Shown one piece after another: positions 59,754 through 64,000 of a DNA stretch of 64,000 nucleotides. The translations under genes and the position numbers were made by a program. The notes below the pieces were generated by a model that made no database searches, was not told the origin of the DNA, and saw only the letters and a program-made list of their open reading frames with translations. How positions within the stretch are numbered: position 1 is the first letter of the stretch; each line of letters opens with the position of its first letter. Origin of the DNA: Perkinsus olseni (lineage: Eukaryota); NCBI GenBank assembly GCA_013115125.1, contig JABANN010000108.1:1-64000 (forward strand), written 5' to 3'.

Positions 59754-62700
59754 AGTAGGGCTGATGCGTGCACGGAGCCCCGGAATACACCTATGATCGT
59801 TGGGGGCTCTGAGGTAGTGGTGACAGAGCGTACGAGTGGTTTTAGATAACGTCCTCGATCGCCATGACGCACAACTTCAAGTCCCTCCGGGCGAATGACG
59901 GTGAAGCCTTCCCGGTGAAGTAGGTGGAGGGCCGGGTTGTAGAACAGACCGGTGTTGTTGGTGTAGTGTCGATACCGAGAGTCCGTACGGTGGCAGGATG
60001 CGGGCATCGGGGTTAGGGCAGGTTTGGAGGGAACTCAGTAAGTTGGGGACATGGCCGCCGCTCACTGAGGAGGTGGACGGTCTGTTCCGTAGGGGAATGA
60101 GGAATCTTTCCTTCATTCAAGCTCATCACGGAGGGGCCCCCTTGATCTGCCGTTGAACGTGAATTTTCGAATAATCGCCGTCGGAAGAGTACGGTAATGA
60201 TGATGAAGTGCCGTACTGTAGGCCCGGAGGTTCGGTTTGGCGAGTACTTGGAGACAGCAGTGCCACTCACCCATACCACGACACTGGGGGAATATCGGAG
60301 AGCGCGGACGGACGCTGTAGGCGGGGCGGCAGTGGTGGCGAATCATAGGTTGATGCTAGGTAGTAGCAGATGAGTCTTATAAACAACTGTACTGGATTAC
60401 GGGCGAGGACAGGTAGTAGAAGGGGATTGGGTTGAGGACGACATGGCGTTCCTTGTTGTTGTTGATCTGCCGTGTGAGGGCTGCTGTACATGACTACTGT
60501 TCGTACTACCTAGTGGCCTTGCCACTACTTGCGGAGGTCCCGGCACGTCCGGTATCGGTGGCTCCTCTATCGTAGTCTAGCGTGATCTTCTTGCTGTCCT
60601 CCCTCAGGCAGATGGTAGCAGATCATTTCCTCACTACGGGACTTCGTAATATGACACCCGGGGACGTCCAGTAAGTTCGTGCTGGTGGGCATGTTCCTGG
60701 AGCTGCCCGCGCTGTTGCAGGTTTTCTTGCATTATCGATACACGGGCACTTGTCTTGGATCTGTGCCATGTTTATGTCCATCCTGACGCTGTGGCGGTGA
60801 GGATTCCTTATCATTTGATGACCATCTTGTTATTATCAAGCTTCGACCTTAGATACTCACTGAAGGCCATGCCCGTCCCCAACTGTACGACTACCTCTGC
60901 CAGTATGTACTATACTCTCGTCAATCCGGTCTGGATGTGCGGATACAACCCGTCACTTTGCAGGCCGTGCTGTCTGTCCATGGGCCTGGAGGTAGTCGTG
61001 AGAGGGTAGCTGGAGGGAGTTCGAAGGGAGTTCGGGTTAATGAAGGGAAGCTTCCATCCCTCACCACTGTCCGACACTACCACTCGGGAAACGGTTGCCT
61101 CACCAGTGACAGTGACTCGGTATACTGTGGTCCGCCGTTAAGGTCGCTCATAAGAAGCAATAGATCATGAGGTTTGTCGTATAGAGACAGTAGTAGCCCA
61201 ATAATCTTTACCAGCTTCGGTATTGACTCAATTTTTGTTTTCATCTGTTCCTTTCCCCTCAGCATCGATAGCCCTGGCAGAGATGTTCCAGGCCTTACCG
61301 GCGGCTAGACTCGAGACCCTCAATAGAGTCGCTGACCCCGAATCTGACGAGGCATTGAAGCTGTCTCCTGGAGCGGTAGGGTTGGCTCGATCACTGTACG
61401 GTGATTTCATTTCACAACTGTTGGTTGATGTCGTTGTTCGGATAGAAGGTTCACGTAGGAAGCCCTGCTGGTCCTCATAGAAGCTGCATCTTTCGTTCTT
61501 CCCACGTGTCCCTTCAGGAATAGCGCTGCCTTCCATTAGTAATTATTGCCATTATTGATCCCCTGCACATACTCAGATAATACACCAGCCGTTCCAGTCG
61601 GCATTGGAATTCCACACCGACTCAGCCAGTGGTGTCATCATCAGGGGGGGCAGCATCGGCAGCGGGCTGGATGCATTCACCCTTCTCCTCGATGTGGATG
61701 CCGATGGTGAGCCTCTCATTTCCGCTGCCCACGTGTTCATGGCTCGTCGAGCTGCCCTCAGGGGCGTCAATTCTCCGGTCGTTGTGTACTGACCATGACG
61801 TCCTTCCCGCTGGCATCCTAGCTGTTGATATGTTGCGCAACGAGGCAGGCCTTCCAAGGTAGGCAGGGGGTCTGCTCACTGAGGCCGCCGTGAGCCCATC
61901 GCAGGCCCGGTGTGGACGTGACGCCCCTGACCAGTCCGATAAGAGCATCATTGGCGTGGACGATCGACCAGTAGTAGTAGGCGTTCACTCTGTTGTAGAG
62001 GGTGGTATCATGCAGGTACAAGTTGAGGCTGCACACGATGTTTGGCTGGAAACAGATATTTGCCCAGCTTGGTGGCGGTCCTCGGTTTGTGAGGACGGGT
62101 ATAATACTTCAATCGTAATTCAGGGATCGGGGACTGGGGCAACCTTCGCTGTCGTCGGAACGATAAAGTTACTCTCTCTGAGGCAGCAACTTAGTTGGTT
62201 CGGCGAGGTTCGCGGCCATCCCCGTTTGGACTGGGAGCTGACCAGGCAGGTACGCCCACGCGGGTTGCCGGTTACTATCAACACCTCATCGTCGTCCAGT
62301 GGGGGAGATCACCAGCTGTACTTGGAGTCCTGAGCTCAAGGCTAGGATCTGCCAGGCTTACATCAAACCGGAGTTCTCGAAACCAGGTCAGCTGCCGTTC
62401 GGTTGCCGTGGTGGAGTTGGTGGTGGTGTGGTAGGGCGGAACCTGCTGGCATCGGTGCCATACAATCTCCCTGATGGGATGAAGTATTCTAAGAAAAAGC
62501 GTTTGCTCTCCCAAGGAGTCTTCCGTGGCCAGTATCGGAGGCTGACGGCTGCTCGAGTGTATGGGCTTCCTTTTGTGAGTGCTGGGGGGGGGACGGCGAC
62601 GATGGATCGGGTCGGAGCTGTAGGGTCCTCGTGTAGGTCGAGCATACCTATCCGGGTGCGGAGGGCATGAAGGTGGTTGAGTTCAGTAAGCCCGATAGGG

Positions 62701-63355
62701 ACGAGCTGGTTAGGAAGCCTCACCGAGTCAACGGAGTAATGTGGGGGTCGTGGCCACCGCGATGCTGTGGGTCATCTGAAGTCGGATGTCTCCGGTAAAG
62801 AGAAGGTCATCGGAGCTGTCCGGGCGTGTTTGTCAGTATTCCTTGCCGAGTTCAATCCGTCACCCTTTCGTGGTCGGCAATCATATTCGGCCGAAGATTT
62901 CCTCATCGTTGGTGATAAGCGTTACTGCCATTGATGGTCAGGCTGTGGAATCCAAGTTGGTACGGCAGCGCGACCGCCGGCGGAACCTCAAACAGATGGG
63001 ACGACAGCGGCAGCAGCAGCATGTGACCGCATAGGCCGGCATGGCTGATTCGAAACGTTTCCGATGAGTTTCCGGAAATGCCCACTGCTTGCGTTGAAGT
63101 GGTGTAACTGTGCGAAGTCGGGAAATTCCCAGTGTGGTTTTTGTGAGGATGCCGAGCCCTGAGACGTATCTTAGCGGTACGACCCACCCCTGGCCAGCTC
63201 TGTCGCAGGAAGACGTTAGCGCTGACATCAAGTATGTTATGCAGCACGCTCGGAAGGACGGCGCAGACGCGTCGCCGAGCAGGCAGCGGAAGAACACGGT
63301 TGGTCATTGGTCGTGGTCCGCCGATCAACGCCTCACTTTGTAGGGATTGGCTCAT
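59750..63355 (-). CDS. Hypothetical multi-exon protein(s)
   Basis: Succession of minus-strand open segments with GT-AG boundaries. No domain recognised; may be more than one gene. Confidence 0.35.
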
Positions 63356-64000
63356 GAGGTTGCGAGGGCCGATGCCGCCTCGTCGCTCTGGTCACTGTTA
63401 ACCGAGGCTGAGATGCTCAGGATGGCGCTGTGAGGGCTTTTGGCGACGGCGGAGCGATGCAATATTGTTGGTTTTCGTTCTTTTCAGTTTGAAACTGTCG
63501 CTGCCTGCAGTAGGCAGTGGGATCGTCGGAGCTCCGCTGCTGTCGGACACGTCGCTGGCTTTCACGGAGGACCTGCCAGAATTGGTCCTTCCGTCGACAC
63601 CCTCGGTCACCACTGTGGACGAGTACCTTGACGTCTGCCGAGAGAATAAAAGTCTGCCGGGCGTATCTTTCTGCTAAGCTGGCATGATATCCATCAGGTC
63701 GGTCGTACCCCATGAGGGCTATCCAGGGTGACGAGCTGCCGCTTGATCTCACTGATGTTGATGTCAAGCAGGATACTAAAGACATGAAGCGGGACATTAT
63801 CACAGTTGGCAGCGACGGCTACCGCCTTTGCTGGCAGCGTTGTTGGTCAGGTTAATGGCGTCCTGTACGAAGGAGCTCATGTTGGGTACGATGGGATAGT
63901 CAGCGCGGTGCAGTTTGCTTTACCACAGCGGATCATCAACGCCGAGAGTATAGCCCGAGTAATCATATCAATTGCCAATAGAACAAATTCAGGTAGGGTC
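63353..64000 (-). CDS. 3' part of a hypothetical gene running in from the right edge
   Basis: Exons 'DYSGYTLGVDDPLW', 'ILLDINISEIKRQLVTLDSPHG', '..DEAASALATS*'. Confidence 0.35.

Noticed and set aside
1-64000. Spliced-leader RNA gene or SL relics (ACCGTAGCCAT..GGCTCAAG)
   Set aside because: No convincing match was seen on either strand by eye.

Overview
Eukaryotic, intron-dense, gene-dense genomic DNA. Most introns are GT-AG and about 40-60 nt. The proteins and organisation suggest an alveolate, most likely a perkinsid (Perkinsus-like); this is inference. Genes lie in strand-uniform blocks: minus ~2.2-17.0 kb, plus 17.4-28.2 kb, minus 29.1-43.0 kb, plus 43.4-59.75 kb, then minus to the end. 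Recognisable genes: an ATAD3-type AAA+ ATPase apparently fused to a Peptidase_S74 (endosialidase-chaperone) domain, BolA, COX19, Skp1, eIF4G with a PAM2 motif, an HSL-type alpha/beta hydrolase, eRF3, a Mei2-like RRM protein, a Sen1/senataxin-like helicase, a SHIPPO-repeat protein, a mitochondrial ACP-like protein lacking the carrier serine, a dual-specificity phosphatase, eS30, an ERGIC-53-like lectin, bL17m and three tandem paralogous membrane proteins. RNA genes: two near-identical U3 snoRNA copies (one apparently intronic) and tRNA-Gly(GCC). A probable decayed LTR retrotransposon sits at the left edge. The most unusual signals are tRNA-like (B-box/T-arm) sequences filling small introns and intergenic gaps, and over-represented short motifs (GCGGAGCGAAGC and TTTCGTGGCGCG, both oriented with transcription, plus GTATCTT). 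Exon boundaries were inferred by eye, so gene ends are approximate.
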